From a virus: DNA of 64,000 nucleotides. How positions within the stretch are numbered: position 1 is the stretch's first letter; the number at the start of each line of letters is the position of its first letter. Made by a program: the position numbers and the translations under genes. Below the pieces are notes generated by a model. It saw only the letters and a program-made list of their open reading frames with translations. It did no database searches and was not told the DNA's origin. Positions 46,427-55,318 of the stretch are shown here, piece by piece. Where the stretch lies: positions 1 to 64,000 of IMG/VR virus record IMGVR_UViG_3300022391_000001; one strand, 5' to 3'.

Positions 46427-46512
46427 GGCTGACTCCCTTGTACAACTTGTCCAACGAGCCTGGTTTGAAATAAGGCGGGTGCCTTCTCGGAGGTGCCCGC
46501 CCACCTCCCTTG

Positions 46513-46707
46513 CTACAGCGTCAATCCTTCGTTGAGCTCAACAAGGCGCCCGATACGGTCCATGAGCTTGCGGTATTCCTTGGCGTGATCGTCCCCTTCT
46601 CGGACGTTGCCGAGGTTGTATGCCTCGCCCATGAGCTCACCTAGCTCCGTCGCTTGCTCCCGGAGCTTCTGAATCTTCTTTGCCCTTGCTAGCTGCTTCG
46701 CGTCCAT
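46513..46707 (-). CDS. Small early hypothetical protein
   Basis: 64 aa, AGGAG RBS. Confidence 0.55.
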   Translation of the reverse strand: MDAKQLARAKKIQKLREQATELGELMGEAYNLGNVREGDDHAKEYRKLMDRIGRLVELNEGLTL

Positions 46708-46710
46708 GAC

Positions 46711-46902
46711 CTACTCCTTGCCGATGTCGCCGTTGAGGATGAGCTGGCGCTCCCAATGGGATAGCGTCCGGAGATCATCGAGTGCCTTGCGGTAGGCTCG
46801 CTGATACGCCTCATAACCGGTTCTTGAGGATGTTAGCTGGCGATGTGCCTTCCAATAGCGTCGGGCTTTGTCGATAACCTGATCCGTTGTTGCTTTCTTC
46901 AT
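46711..46902 (-). CDS. Small early hypothetical protein
   Basis: First gene after promoter copy 2. Confidence 0.6.
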   Translation of the reverse strand: MKKATTDQVIDKARRYWKAHRQLTSSRTGYEAYQRAYRKALDDLRTLSHWERQLILNGDIGKE

Positions 46903-46934
46903 GGTCGACTCCGTTCTTTCCTTGTCCTACCTAT

Positions 46935-46963
46935 ATCATAAGTCCATCCACTGTAAAAGTCGA
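46935..46963 (-). promoter_or_regulatory. Conserved phage promoter, copy 2
   Basis: TCGACT (46963-46958), 17 nt, TATGAT (46940-46935). Confidence 0.85.
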
Positions 46964-47039
46964 GTGGAAGTGGCCAAAAAAGTTGGCGCCCAAGGTCGAT
47001 TTTGTCCCGTGTTGATTTCTCAAGGCGCCAAAGCGGCTT

Positions 47040-47060
47040 GGGCACCCTCCGAGGGTGCCC
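47040..47060 (-). terminator. Perfect palindrome/hairpin after the 47073-48044 gene
   Basis: GGGCACCCTC-C-GAGGGTGCCC. Confidence 0.5.
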
Positions 47061-47072
47061 GCCGCTGTGGTC

Positions 47073-48044
47073 TTAGGCCATCGCGTCCAGAATCATCTCC
47101 GCTTCTGCTTCGGCCCGAGGGTCCAAGGACCACTTCTTCAGACCACGGAAGCGCTTGCAGTCGATGTCGACCGGAACCAAGAAGCGAGCGAAGTTGCCGT
47201 TGAGCTCGACAGCTTCGGGCTGGAGCTTGCCGGAGTCGACCAGATCCTTGACTGCCGCCTTGGCCGCTTCGGCGGTGACTTCGCCCTTGTCGGTGACCGC
47301 GTACACGCCACCGGGCTTGCGCTTCCCGCAGCCCCGCTTGTGCTCCGCTTCGGCGGCGGTGACTTCAACCAGGCGGAAACCGGCGGCGGCCATGTCCTTG
47401 CGAACCTGCTCGTCATCCTCGGGCTTGAGGATGTATTCGATGGCGCTGGGGATGAACATCCCGAACACCTTGCCTTGCGGGAGCCGCCCCGTCCCGCCGC
47501 AGGTGGCGCACATCGAGGTGTCGGCGACGTTCTTGATGCTGAAGCGCTTGGGCTGATGAAGCCAGTAGTTGTACTTGCGGTGGTCCCAGATCGAGCCGTC
47601 CTTGAGGGTGATGTGCCCGCCGGTCCCTGCCTCGATGGTCTCGGGCTCCGCGTCGTATTGCGCCTGAAGCTCTGTGGTCTTGCGTGCGCGGTTGTCCAGG
47701 AGCTTCTGAAGGCGTGCCTTCTCGGTGACCTCATCGGCGTCGGTGGCGGCTTGGAGTGCGTCGATGAGCTTGTCGGACTCTGCGCCGATGCGATCGATCT
47801 CGTTTTGGAGCTTCCGCCGCTCCGGGTTTTCAATAACGCCGACGCAATCCGGACACTCGCTGTACTCGCCCTCGTCATGCGCGACGAAAATGACCGTGCC
47901 GGGCTCCATAAGGGCGGCGGCGGTGGCGACGTTGGGGAGCCGCTTGGAGACTCCGAGTGCGAGTGCTTCGTCTGTGTAGGACTCGATGGACCCGTAGTGC
48001 TCTTGACCGATCCACATGAGGTAGCTGTTGGTGATCTGTGACAT
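47073..48044 (-). CDS. Early protein with split zinc finger and coiled coil
   Basis: Y......EA...GVSKRLP; CPDC...CATCGGTG; RGCGKRKPGGVY. First gene after promoter copy 3. Confidence 0.75.
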   Translation of the reverse strand: MSQITNSYLMWIGQEHYGSIESYTDEALALGVSKRLPNVATAAALMEPGTVIFVAHDEGEYSECPDCVGVIENPERRKLQNEIDRIGAESDKLIDALQAATDADEVTEKARLQKLLDNRARKTTELQAQYDAEPETIEAGTGGHITLKDGSIWDHRKYNYWLHQPKRFSIKNVADTSMCATCGGTGRLPQGKVFGMFIPSAIEYILKPEDDEQVRKDMAAAGFRLVEVTAAEAEHKRGCGKRKPGGVYAVTDKGEVTAEAAKAAVKDLVDSGKLQPEAVELNGNFARFLVPVDIDCKRFRGLKKWSLDPRAEAEAEMILDAMA

Positions 48045-48080
48045 GGCTGACTCCCGTTGGTTTCTTGTCCGTCTGCCTAT

Positions 48081-48109
48081 ATCATAATTCCATCCACCGG
48101 AAAAGTCGA
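48081..48109 (-). promoter_or_regulatory. Conserved phage promoter, copy 3
   Basis: TCGACT (48109-48104), 17 nt, TATGAT (48086-48081). Confidence 0.85.
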
Positions 48110-48156
48110 GTGGAAGTTTGCCAGAATCAGCCTTGGGAGGCAACTTTTTTGGCGGC

Positions 48157-49023
48157 TCACGCTTGCGCCGCTTCATCCATGTCGCTACGGTGGCGAAGAT
48201 AGACCGGAAACCTGTATGTGGCGACTGCTGTGGGGTCTTTTTGATGCTTGAACTCAACCCAGCGTCCGAGGTGCCCCGCTTGGTCTGCCCAGATCTCGTG
48301 CCGTTGTTCGTCTGTGAAGCCCGTTCCAACTTCCACCTCTGAGCCGTCAGCCATCTCCAGGATCAACGCTCCGAGCGTACCCTGGAGACGCCGCGTGCCC
48401 TCCTGATAGCCCTTGATGCGCCCGTCGGAGCTTGTCCAGGGCTTGCGTTTCATCCACGCTCGGGAGCGGCGGCCAACGTATACGCCATCGGGGTCCTTGA
48501 GCATAGCCCCCTCGAAATTGTGGGCCAAGAACACCTCAAACACCCGCTCCACCTGCGCATCGTCGGACACCTCGATGTGGGGTGTAAGCGACACGTTGGC
48601 GGCGCACGAGTGCTCGATCAACTCCTGGAGCCTGTCCTTGCGCTCCCGCAGCGGCGTCTCATCCCCGCCGGGAAGCACCAAGTCAAACGCATAGAACATC
48701 AGCGCGCTGCGGTCCATCTCGGGATCTTCAGTCTTGACGAGCGAGGTGGTGGCGTTCCAGGACTCGCTGAATGCTTCACCGTCGATCACCACCCCGTCCG
48801 GATACAGACGATTGGCCTCATCGACCAGCTGATCAGCGATGAAGCCCAGACGGTCGGTGTAGTCCACACCGCTCCGCTGTACGACGATGCCGCTAGACAC
48901 ACCGTTGAACACGAGCTGGAACCGATACCCATCCAGCTTCGGCTCTGCCCATAGGGGCCATTTAGCGTGCTTCTCGGACCACGCCTCTGCGAGCATCATC
49001 GTTGGCTTGTGTTTGGTTGCCAT
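48157..49023 (-). CDS. ATP-dependent DNA ligase (minimal)
   Basis: EPKLDGYR, IDGE, FYAFD, EGAMLK, WMKRK, VGTGF, RFPVY. Confidence 0.95.
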   Translation of the reverse strand: MATKHKPTMMLAEAWSEKHAKWPLWAEPKLDGYRFQLVFNGVSSGIVVQRSGVDYTDRLGFIADQLVDEANRLYPDGVVIDGEAFSESWNATTSLVKTEDPEMDRSALMFYAFDLVLPGGDETPLRERKDRLQELIEHSCAANVSLTPHIEVSDDAQVERVFEVFLAHNFEGAMLKDPDGVYVGRRSRAWMKRKPWTSSDGRIKGYQEGTRRLQGTLGALILEMADGSEVEVGTGFTDEQRHEIWADQAGHLGRWVEFKHQKDPTAVATYRFPVYLRHRSDMDEAAQA

Positions 49024-49253
49024 CGAGCCCTCCTCACCCGTCATAGTCTTCTGTGTCCTGCTCAACGTCAATCGTTTCCACGACGGTGAGCCCCATCGCC
49101 GCCACCTGATCGAGCACCCACCTTCGGGGGCCAGCGCACTCTGTCACCCAATCTTCAAATGGGCCGGAGCGCACTTCCAGTGTCGCCACAGGCAGCCCCG
49201 TCGTGAAGCAGCTGAGCAGATGAAGTCTTGCTTCTCGCATCGTCGTTCCCCTC

Positions 49254-49970
49254 TCAGTCAAATGAACCCGTGTTGCGCCAAAACACCTTGAGGTCGGCGT
49301 CCTGGTAGACCACTCGGTTGGGTGCGTCGTATGTCTCGCCCATCGTCTGCGCCTTGTACGTTTCAAAGGCCACAACATAGCTGCGCTCGATGAACTCGGA
49401 GCCGAAGCTGACCTGAATCCAGCCCTTCTCGGCCAACGCTTCCAGATGGGCGTCGGTGAGCTTGAAGGGGAGCTTCGCCTGCGGCTTGCGGGAGCTGATG
49501 ATGGCCATGATGTTGATCCAACGCGGCTTGGAGCTGTAGCCCCGCTGGATGGCGACGTTGCCAGACGCTTGGTTGACCTTGACGACGGTTTCCCACAGCG
49601 GCGATGAGCCTTTGTAGCGCACCAGAACCTCATCGCCCGGCTCGATGGCGAGGGTGTCTAGCTTGTTGCGGCGTGCGTTCCGTCGCTCCCGCTTGTGCTC
49701 TTGAGCGTTGTCCCGATTGTCCTCATACTTGCCGGTGGCGGCGGAGATCTCGGCGGCGGTGTATTCCCGAGATGGCTTCCCAAAGAGATTGGCGCCTGTG
49801 ACTTTGAAGCCATAGGCATCCTCCTTGGCGGGCTTGGTGAGCGGTGCGAGACTGTACTTGTTGCGCCCTCGGAAGCGTCCCCGCCGGATTGGCTCGATGT
49901 CGATGATGATGACGTCCAGGCGTGGCCCTTTGGCGGGAAGGATGCTGACGATGTCCCCGATCTTGTACAT
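49254..49970 (-). CDS. Early hypothetical protein (KOW/SH3-like repeats)
   Basis: YKIGDIV and IEPGDEV repeats; GGAGTCAGCC-ATG leader. Confidence 0.6.
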   Translation of the reverse strand: MYKIGDIVSILPAKGPRLDVIIIDIEPIRRGRFRGRNKYSLAPLTKPAKEDAYGFKVTGANLFGKPSREYTAAEISAATGKYEDNRDNAQEHKRERRNARRNKLDTLAIEPGDEVLVRYKGSSPLWETVVKVNQASGNVAIQRGYSSKPRWINIMAIISSRKPQAKLPFKLTDAHLEALAEKGWIQVSFGSEFIERSYVVAFETYKAQTMGETYDAPNRVVYQDADLKVFWRNTGSFD

Positions 49971-49997
49971 GGCTGACTCCCGCTTGCGTCCGATGTC

Positions 49998-50189
49998 CTA
50001 TTGAACGTGATCTGGACCGTTCCAGTAGCGTCGGCAAAACGAGCTGAATTGCCGCTCCGTCCACCCCGTCCCGCTCGCTGCCGCTTTCATCAACACGTCG
50101 ACATCGGCGTCAAGCGACGGGTCGCAAAGTGTGTCCATGACCATATCCGCCAAAACCTTCAACTCTTCAACGGTGTACTTCTCGTTCAT
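49998..50189 (-). CDS. Small early hypothetical protein
   Basis: GGAGTCGGTC-ATG leader. Confidence 0.55.
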   Translation of the reverse strand: MNEKYTVEELKVLADMVMDTLCDPSLDADVDVLMKAAASGTGWTERQFSSFCRRYWNGPDHVQ

Positions 50190-50225
50190 GACCGACTCCC
50201 GTTTGCCCTTGGAAATCTTGGACGT

Positions 50226-50456
50226 TTAGCGCTTGCCATAGGGAACGCCGTTGGACTCTTTGTCGCCTAGACGCTCGATAAGGCCCTTTTGACAAAGCGA
50301 GGAAAACGCGCGGGCTTCGCCGCGCCCGAAGCTCCGGAGGGTCCGACCGTCGAGATCTTTGATCTCCGTCGGAGGCATATCGGAAGCGGCGAAATCCTCG
50401 AAAATGTAGAAGAAATCAGGGAGGGAAGCGAGAAGCTTGGCTTGCGGCTGTGTCAT
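50226..50456 (-). CDS. Small early hypothetical protein (winged-helix-like)
   Basis: MTQPQAKLL...FSSLCQKGLIE; follows promoter copy 4. Confidence 0.55.
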   Translation of the reverse strand: MTQPQAKLLASLPDFFYIFEDFAASDMPPTEIKDLDGRTLRSFGRGEARAFSSLCQKGLIERLGDKESNGVPYGKR

Positions 50457-50492
50457 CGTCGTCTCCGTGTTGCGCTCGTTGATCATACTTAT

Positions 50493-50521
50493 ATCATAAC
50501 CCCATCCACTGTAAAAGTCGA
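50493..50521 (-). promoter_or_regulatory. Conserved phage promoter, copy 4
   Basis: TCGACT (50521-50516), 17 nt, TATGAT (50498-50493). Confidence 0.85.
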
Positions 50522-50567
50522 GTGGGCAGAACACAAAATCGACCCAAAGCGGCAACTTTTTTGACGC

Positions 50568-51143
50568 CTAATTGGAAACCGGCACGATTCCAAACCGTTT
50601 GGTCAGCTGAAATTCATTGATCAGCTCGTTGGCAACCTCGTGGGAACCCATTTCCTGGGCAACGATGCTGAGTGCGAGCCCGATAACGTTGGTGCTGTAG
50701 CGGCCAGCCCCGGCGATGGCCTTGCGGATACGCTGCCGTGCCTCCTGAACCACCTCGGGCTCCACCGGCAAGCACTCGCACACCGCGCAACCGCACTTCG
50801 CGCATAGCGGCTTGGGCGCTTGCACCGGCGTTTGCACCGGCGCTTCTGCCGGCGGCGGAGCTTCGGCTGCGACGGTTTCCTTCACCGGTGGTTTCGCGGT
50901 AGCCTTGCGGGACTTCTTCTTGGTTGCACTTCGTGGAGACTTCTTTCTGCCATCGGGCTCCGCCGCCTGTGGACCGGTTGCCACGGGCGGCGTCCTGATG
51001 TCACCGTGCCGATCGCACGCCACATTGCGACAGTAGGCATAAGGGTCCGATGGCTTGACGGGTCCCGCGTCCATTCGCTTGTACAGCGCCTTGCCGCAAC
51101 AATCACACCTCGGTTGCTTCGGTCGCCCTTTGTAGTTGCTCAT
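50568..51143 (-). CDS. Early zinc-finger protein
   Basis: CDCC...C...C and CAKCGCAVCEC; GGAGTCAGCC-ATG leader. Confidence 0.65.
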   Translation of the reverse strand: MSNYKGRPKQPRCDCCGKALYKRMDAGPVKPSDPYAYCRNVACDRHGDIRTPPVATGPQAAEPDGRKKSPRSATKKKSRKATAKPPVKETVAAEAPPPAEAPVQTPVQAPKPLCAKCGCAVCECLPVEPEVVQEARQRIRKAIAGAGRYSTNVIGLALSIVAQEMGSHEVANELINEFQLTKRFGIVPVSN

Positions 51144-51173
51144 GGCTGACTCCAAGTTTGATGTGTCCCTTCT

Positions 51174-51202
51174 ATCATAGAACCAGGCGCTGAAAAAGTC
51201 GA
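51174..51202 (-). promoter_or_regulatory. Conserved phage promoter, copy 5
   Basis: TCGACT (51202-51197), 17 nt, TATGAT (51179-51174). Confidence 0.8.
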
Positions 51203-51219
51203 GTGGGAATTGCTGCCAA

Positions 51220-51459
51220 TCACTGAATGTGAATTTTTGCTATGCGGTCAAACGGGATCCGATCCATCGGGTCGCCATTGAGTTCAAGCTCCGAGATGAC
51301 GTCAACGTCAAATCCGTTGAACTGCATAGTCCGGAGCTGGAAGCCCGACAAGCGCCCTTCTCGGCGGATGCCGTCGGAAGTCTCCAGCTGCACAAATGAA
51401 TTCACCGCGCCCAATAGGTGTTCAATCCACCACGCCATCGATGTCTTCTTGCTCGCCAT
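51220..51459 (-). CDS. Small protein, possible Sm/LSm-like fold
   Basis: VQLETSDGIRREGRLSGF...IPFDRIAKIHI. Confidence 0.45.
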   Translation of the reverse strand: MASKKTSMAWWIEHLLGAVNSFVQLETSDGIRREGRLSGFQLRTMQFNGFDVDVISELELNGDPMDRIPFDRIAKIHIQ

Positions 51460-51658
51460 CTGTCTCCACTCCGGCGCACGCAGCGCTGCAAAATCGTTTG
51501 CTTTTTGGAACATCTGCGCTGCATTTCTCGCAGTGTCCGATCCTGTAGAATCCAATCGCTTCAGCCTTCACCAGATTGGTAAAGGCCAAACGCTCTTGGC
51601 GTGTCATGTAGTCCAAATCGGGGCTGTTTCGCCACCCGTAAGTCTGCTTCAGGCTCAT
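51422..51658 (-). CDS. Zinc-ribbon protein
   Basis: HCEKCSADVPKSKRFCSAAC. Confidence 0.6.
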   Translation of the reverse strand: MSLKQTYGWRNSPDLDYMTRQERLAFTNLVKAEAIGFYRIGHCEKCSADVPKSKRFCSAACAGVETDGEQEDIDGVVD

Positions 51659-52017
51659 GATTTCCTGTTCACCACCCGGCGTTGACCGGTGGCTTTGGAC
51701 CAGAAGCGCTCCGCCACCTCGGGCCCAACCACCTCCTCAAGCCGCCGCTTGTGCACCAGTTGGACTCCCTTGACAGGGTCCTGTTCCAAAGGATAGGAGC
51801 CCATCCAATCGACCAAACACCCTCCGGCCAATATGGTGAAATCCTTGTAGTTGCCTTTTATCCCTTTGGACACCATCAAGTCCCGGATTATCCGCGCGTT
51901 GGCGGTTGGAAGTGATGCCCGCTTCGCTTGGTTGCGGGCTCGGACTTTGGCCTTCAGCTCCCGCGCCTTCACCTTGATCCGTTCACAGCCCATATGCCAA
52001 CATCCTTGCCTTCGCAA
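51655..52017 (-). CDS. Hypothetical basic protein
   Basis: Coupled ORF; start uncertain. Confidence 0.45.
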   Translation of the reverse strand: MRRQGCWHMGCERIKVKARELKAKVRARNQAKRASLPTANARIIRDLMVSKGIKGNYKDFTILAGGCLVDWMGSYPLEQDPVKGVQLVHKRRLEEVVGPEVAERFWSKATGQRRVVNRKS

Positions 52018-52585
52018 TATCCTTGATCACACACTTGCGTGCCAGCGGATCACATGTACGCAACAAGAACGATGGGTGGAAAGTGCAGATGGCTGGCCAA
52101 ACGCCGATGTCCCCGGTCATCGTGATCATTTCCACATCCACCTTGCGCCCGGACCACTGGGTGATGTTGGTGACTCCGGCCAAACGCCGTGAAGCCACCT
52201 TGCCTAGCAACAGCATCGCCTTGGGCTTCAGCATGTTCACATAGGCCAAGAACCTTGGATGACACGCCTTGATTTCCAGCGGCGAAGGGTCCCGATTCAT
52301 CGGTGGTCGACACGCCACGAGATTGACGATGAATGCTTGGTGCTCTTCAACTCCTGCGCTCTTGAAGCAGCGGTCCAACTCCTGGCCCGCAGGCCCTACA
52401 AACGGCTGCCCTAGCTCATCCTCGTGCGCTCCCGGAGCTTCGCCGACAACCAGGAGCTTCGCCGACGGATTGCCCCGGCAGTGGACCACGTTTATCCGCC
52501 CCTCGTGGAGCTTGCACAGTTGGCAATTCTGCCAGTTGCGATTGATCCGACCCACGTCCTTTATGGTTCCCCGCGCCTTGCTCAC
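51983..52585 (-). CDS. Uracil-DNA glycosylase family 4 (Fe-S)
   Basis: CQLCKL, VGEAPG, PFVGPAG, NLVACRPP.NRDP, TFHPSFLLR. Confidence 0.95.
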   Translation of the reverse strand: MSKARGTIKDVGRINRNWQNCQLCKLHEGRINVVHCRGNPSAKLLVVGEAPGAHEDELGQPFVGPAGQELDRCFKSAGVEEHQAFIVNLVACRPPMNRDPSPLEIKACHPRFLAYVNMLKPKAMLLLGKVASRRLAGVTNITQWSGRKVDVEMITMTGDIGVWPAICTFHPSFLLRTCDPLARKCVIKDIAKARMLAYGL

Positions 52586-53496
52586 AGTCCCATCTCCCCC
52601 ATCTTCATCAATCCGTGAAGCTCCGCTGGCGCCATCAACGAGCGGAAGCGATAGACACGGAGGTGTTTCAGCAGCGTCGCCTGATCGGGCTTTGGGTCGA
52701 TCAGACGCATCTGGGCTCGTGTCTCGATGGTGGTCAACCGCTTGAACAACCGGATCATCTCCGCCCCTTCGCTGATAGGAGCCCGGAACCTCTCAGGGAT
52801 AGGCATAGGACTGCCGCTTTGTGCCGCTCTGATGATTTTCTCGATGCCCCCAAGCCCTTGTATGGCCTGTGCTGCCGTCTTTGGTCCTATGCCTCGGATG
52901 CCCGGGATGCCGTCGGAGTTGTCGCCAGCCAATGCCTTGAGGTCTGCAATCTTGTCCGGCGGCACGCCGTGCTTTTCCTCCACCTCCAGCGCGTTGTAGG
53001 TCTTGTCGGAGTTGCTACGATAGCCCGGCGAGACCACTGTGACGTTGTCGTTGACCAGCTGGCGCAAATCGGAGTCGCCGCTGTAGATGACCACCGGCAT
53101 CCCCTTCAGCGTCGCGTTGCGGGCCACCGTCCCGATGACATCATCGGCCTCATAGCCCACCCCGCAGTATTGACGGACGCCGATAGCGCGGAGCATCGCC
53201 TTGAGTCGCAGCTCCTGTGCCCTCATTTCATCAGCCAGCGCCTTCATCTCGGCGTCGGGCTCCGCCCTCTGCTTGTACGCGGGCCAGAGCTTGCGCCGGA
53301 AGTTGCCTTGACCTTCCCACGCCACCATACACATCCCACCATAGCGGTTGTGTATCTTCATGGCGCAGGACAAGAAGCCATACATGGCCCCTGTGCCCAT
53401 ATCCCGCCCATTGACTTCGGCGCTCAAGTCCTTGAAGGCATCTGCCGTCCGCCACAGCAGGTGGCGCCCGTCAAAGATCAGCACCGCCGCATTCAT
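52582..53496 (-). CDS. 5'-3' exonuclease/flap endonuclease (Pol I N-terminal family)
   Basis: IFDG, YKQR, YEADDVIGT, SGDSDLRQL, LAGDNSDGIPGIRGIGPKTA. Confidence 0.95.
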   Translation of the reverse strand: MNAAVLIFDGRHLLWRTADAFKDLSAEVNGRDMGTGAMYGFLSCAMKIHNRYGGMCMVAWEGQGNFRRKLWPAYKQRAEPDAEMKALADEMRAQELRLKAMLRAIGVRQYCGVGYEADDVIGTVARNATLKGMPVVIYSGDSDLRQLVNDNVTVVSPGYRSNSDKTYNALEVEEKHGVPPDKIADLKALAGDNSDGIPGIRGIGPKTAAQAIQGLGGIEKIIRAAQSGSPMPIPERFRAPISEGAEMIRLFKRLTTIETRAQMRLIDPKPDQATLLKHLRVYRFRSLMAPAELHGLMKMGEMGL

Positions 53497-53705
53497 CCGA
53501 CCTCTCCAATCGGCTCGCCCGTCTCCAAGCACCTGGCCGCTACCCGAGCCTGGCACGTCGACAACCGGAGGGCTCGCAACAGGTCTTTGTCCTCGCAGCC
53601 CTGCTCTATCATCGACCGATACACCTCAAAGATCACATCGGCGGCGATCCGGAGCCGTGCCGCCCTGATCAACGTATCCCGAGATGGTTGATCATCCTCT
53701 GTCAT
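53493..53705 (-). CDS. Hypothetical protein
   Basis: 70 aa coupled ORF. Confidence 0.5.
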   Translation of the reverse strand: MTEDDQPSRDTLIRAARLRIAADVIFEVYRSMIEQGCEDKDLLRALRLSTCQARVAARCLETGEPIGEVG

Positions 53706-53923
53706 TTACCCTCCCCATCATCCGCAATGGTCTGCGGGAAGCAGGCGTTGGGCGGCGCCCAAGTCAGAAAACCATCTTCATCCACCTTGCTGTAGCAGAA
53801 GCACTCCTGAACATCCTCCGACCATTCGCACTCCATATTCTCCATCACTTCTTCAGACTCCGGAGCATCATCCATCGCTCCACATCCCACGAGAACCAAC
53901 AATGCCAATGCTGTGTACTTCAT
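53702..53923 (-). CDS. Small Cys-rich lipoprotein
   Basis: MKYTALALLVLVGC lipobox; AGGAGG RBS. Confidence 0.7.
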   Translation of the reverse strand: MKYTALALLVLVGCGAMDDAPESEEVMENMECEWSEDVQECFCYSKVDEDGFLTWAPPNACFPQTIADDGEGK

Positions 53924-53932
53924 ATCAACCTC

Positions 53933-54211
53933 CTACAGTCCTTGCTTTTCAACCCACCAGAGCGTGACAGTGACTTCCTTGTCCGTCGCTTCCAACGTCT
54001 GGCTCTTGGGCACCCAAACCTTATCGCCCTCGATGATCAGGAGCGTCGCCTTGTCGGTCATGTGCTCGATGCTCTCGTATGCCAACGTGACTGTTTCCGG
54101 ATCAGCCTTGTCTTCATCCCAACCAACCATGTCCTCTGGATACCACTTCCGTGGCGGCGGCTTGTGCCCCTTCTTTGCGCCGCGCATCTTGGACATATCG
54201 GGCTTTGCCAT
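53933..54211 (-). CDS. Hypothetical phage protein
   Basis: TDKATLL.....VWVPKSQ......WW..K.GL. Confidence 0.6.
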   Translation of the reverse strand: MAKPDMSKMRGAKKGHKPPPRKWYPEDMVGWDEDKADPETVTLAYESIEHMTDKATLLIIEGDKVWVPKSQTLEATDKEVTVTLWWVEKQGL

Positions 54212-54212
54212 C

Positions 54213-54542
54213 TCACACGCTCCTGTGGATGCTGTTCTCCGTGGTGAATCCCGCCGGATATCGGCGGCGGAGCTTGTCGATATTCTCTGCGACGATATCA
54301 GCAAAGTGCAAGTTGCTTTGGCTGGCCAACTCTGCTGTGTACCACATGATGTCGCCAAGCTCCTTGGATACATAGTCTGGATCAAATGGATGACCGTGGT
54401 ACAAGTGCTTTTTGAGGTGGTCCAGAAGCTCACCCACCTCACCGGCCAACCCCATCGAGGTGTTGGCCAGTAGCTCCCGCTTGTTCAGCTCCGGATTGCG
54501 GGTCCTGGATGCCAGCTCTTGATACTCGTTGAACTCCATCAT
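54213..54542 (-). CDS. MazG-like nucleotide pyrophosphohydrolase
   Basis: FNEYQ, GLAGEVGE...KK, KELGDIMWY, NIDKLRRRYP. Confidence 0.92.
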   Translation of the reverse strand: MMEFNEYQELASRTRNPELNKRELLANTSMGLAGEVGELLDHLKKHLYHGHPFDPDYVSKELGDIMWYTAELASQSNLHFADIVAENIDKLRRRYPAGFTTENSIHRSV

Positions 54543-55318
54543 TTCTTGCCTTTCGCCAAACAACATTTCCTTGAACCGCACACGTCGCAGACGGGCTCGT
54601 CATGCGGCGTCGGCACCCCGTCCGGATTCTCAATCCACTCCCGGCTGAGCAGATTGATTGGATAGGTCTTGGTTGTGCGGTTGAACACCTGTATCTCTTT
54701 GGGGTGCAAGTCATCCATCCGGAGCTTCCCTGCCCGGAGCTGCACCTCAGTCCAGACCAATTGCGCGACCACATAAGCGTCTGCGAGGTCTTCACTGGTT
54801 TGGGTGTTGACCTTGCCGGACTTGGCCGGCGGCGGATTGAGCGGCGAGAAGTCCGCGCCCCATCGCTCCTGCACCGCTCGCTCGATGGCATCCTTGTGGC
54901 AGGTCCCGTCGTGAGCGCCGAACATCTTGACCGTGGTCGGATCAGGAAGTCTGATCTTGAATCCCCGGAACCAACACAAGATCCGAGCGATGCCGCCCGC
55001 TTCGCCCATCTGATGCGCCCCTTGCTCCGCCCGCAGAGCATAGTCCTCAATCCCCACATAGGCGGCATCGGTGCGCATCAACACCCTCTTGTCCAAGTAG
55101 TGCTCGATCCAAGCCAGTCGGATCATTCCCCGCACGTGCTTGTCCTTGCTCCGATCCATCTGCTGGATGGGCAACCGCTCCCCTCGTTTGGACCTTGCCG
55201 CCGCTCCGGCGATGTCGGTCCAATACCAGAAGTTGCTCAGCTCGCCATCGGTGAGCTCAACCGCCGCTCCGTGATTCAGTGCGATGTCCATCCCGAGCAC
55301 TTTGGTTTGATCTCTCAT
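54539..55318 (-). CDS. RuvC-like Holliday junction resolvase
   Basis: VLGMDIAL, VGIEDY, P.TVKMF...G...K, DLADAY. Confidence 0.8.
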   Translation of the reverse strand: MRDQTKVLGMDIALNHGAAVELTDGELSNFWYWTDIAGAAARSKRGERLPIQQMDRSKDKHVRGMIRLAWIEHYLDKRVLMRTDAAYVGIEDYALRAEQGAHQMGEAGGIARILCWFRGFKIRLPDPTTVKMFGAHDGTCHKDAIERAVQERWGADFSPLNPPPAKSGKVNTQTSEDLADAYVVAQLVWTEVQLRAGKLRMDDLHPKEIQVFNRTTKTYPINLLSREWIENPDGVPTPHDEPVCDVCGSRKCCLAKGKK

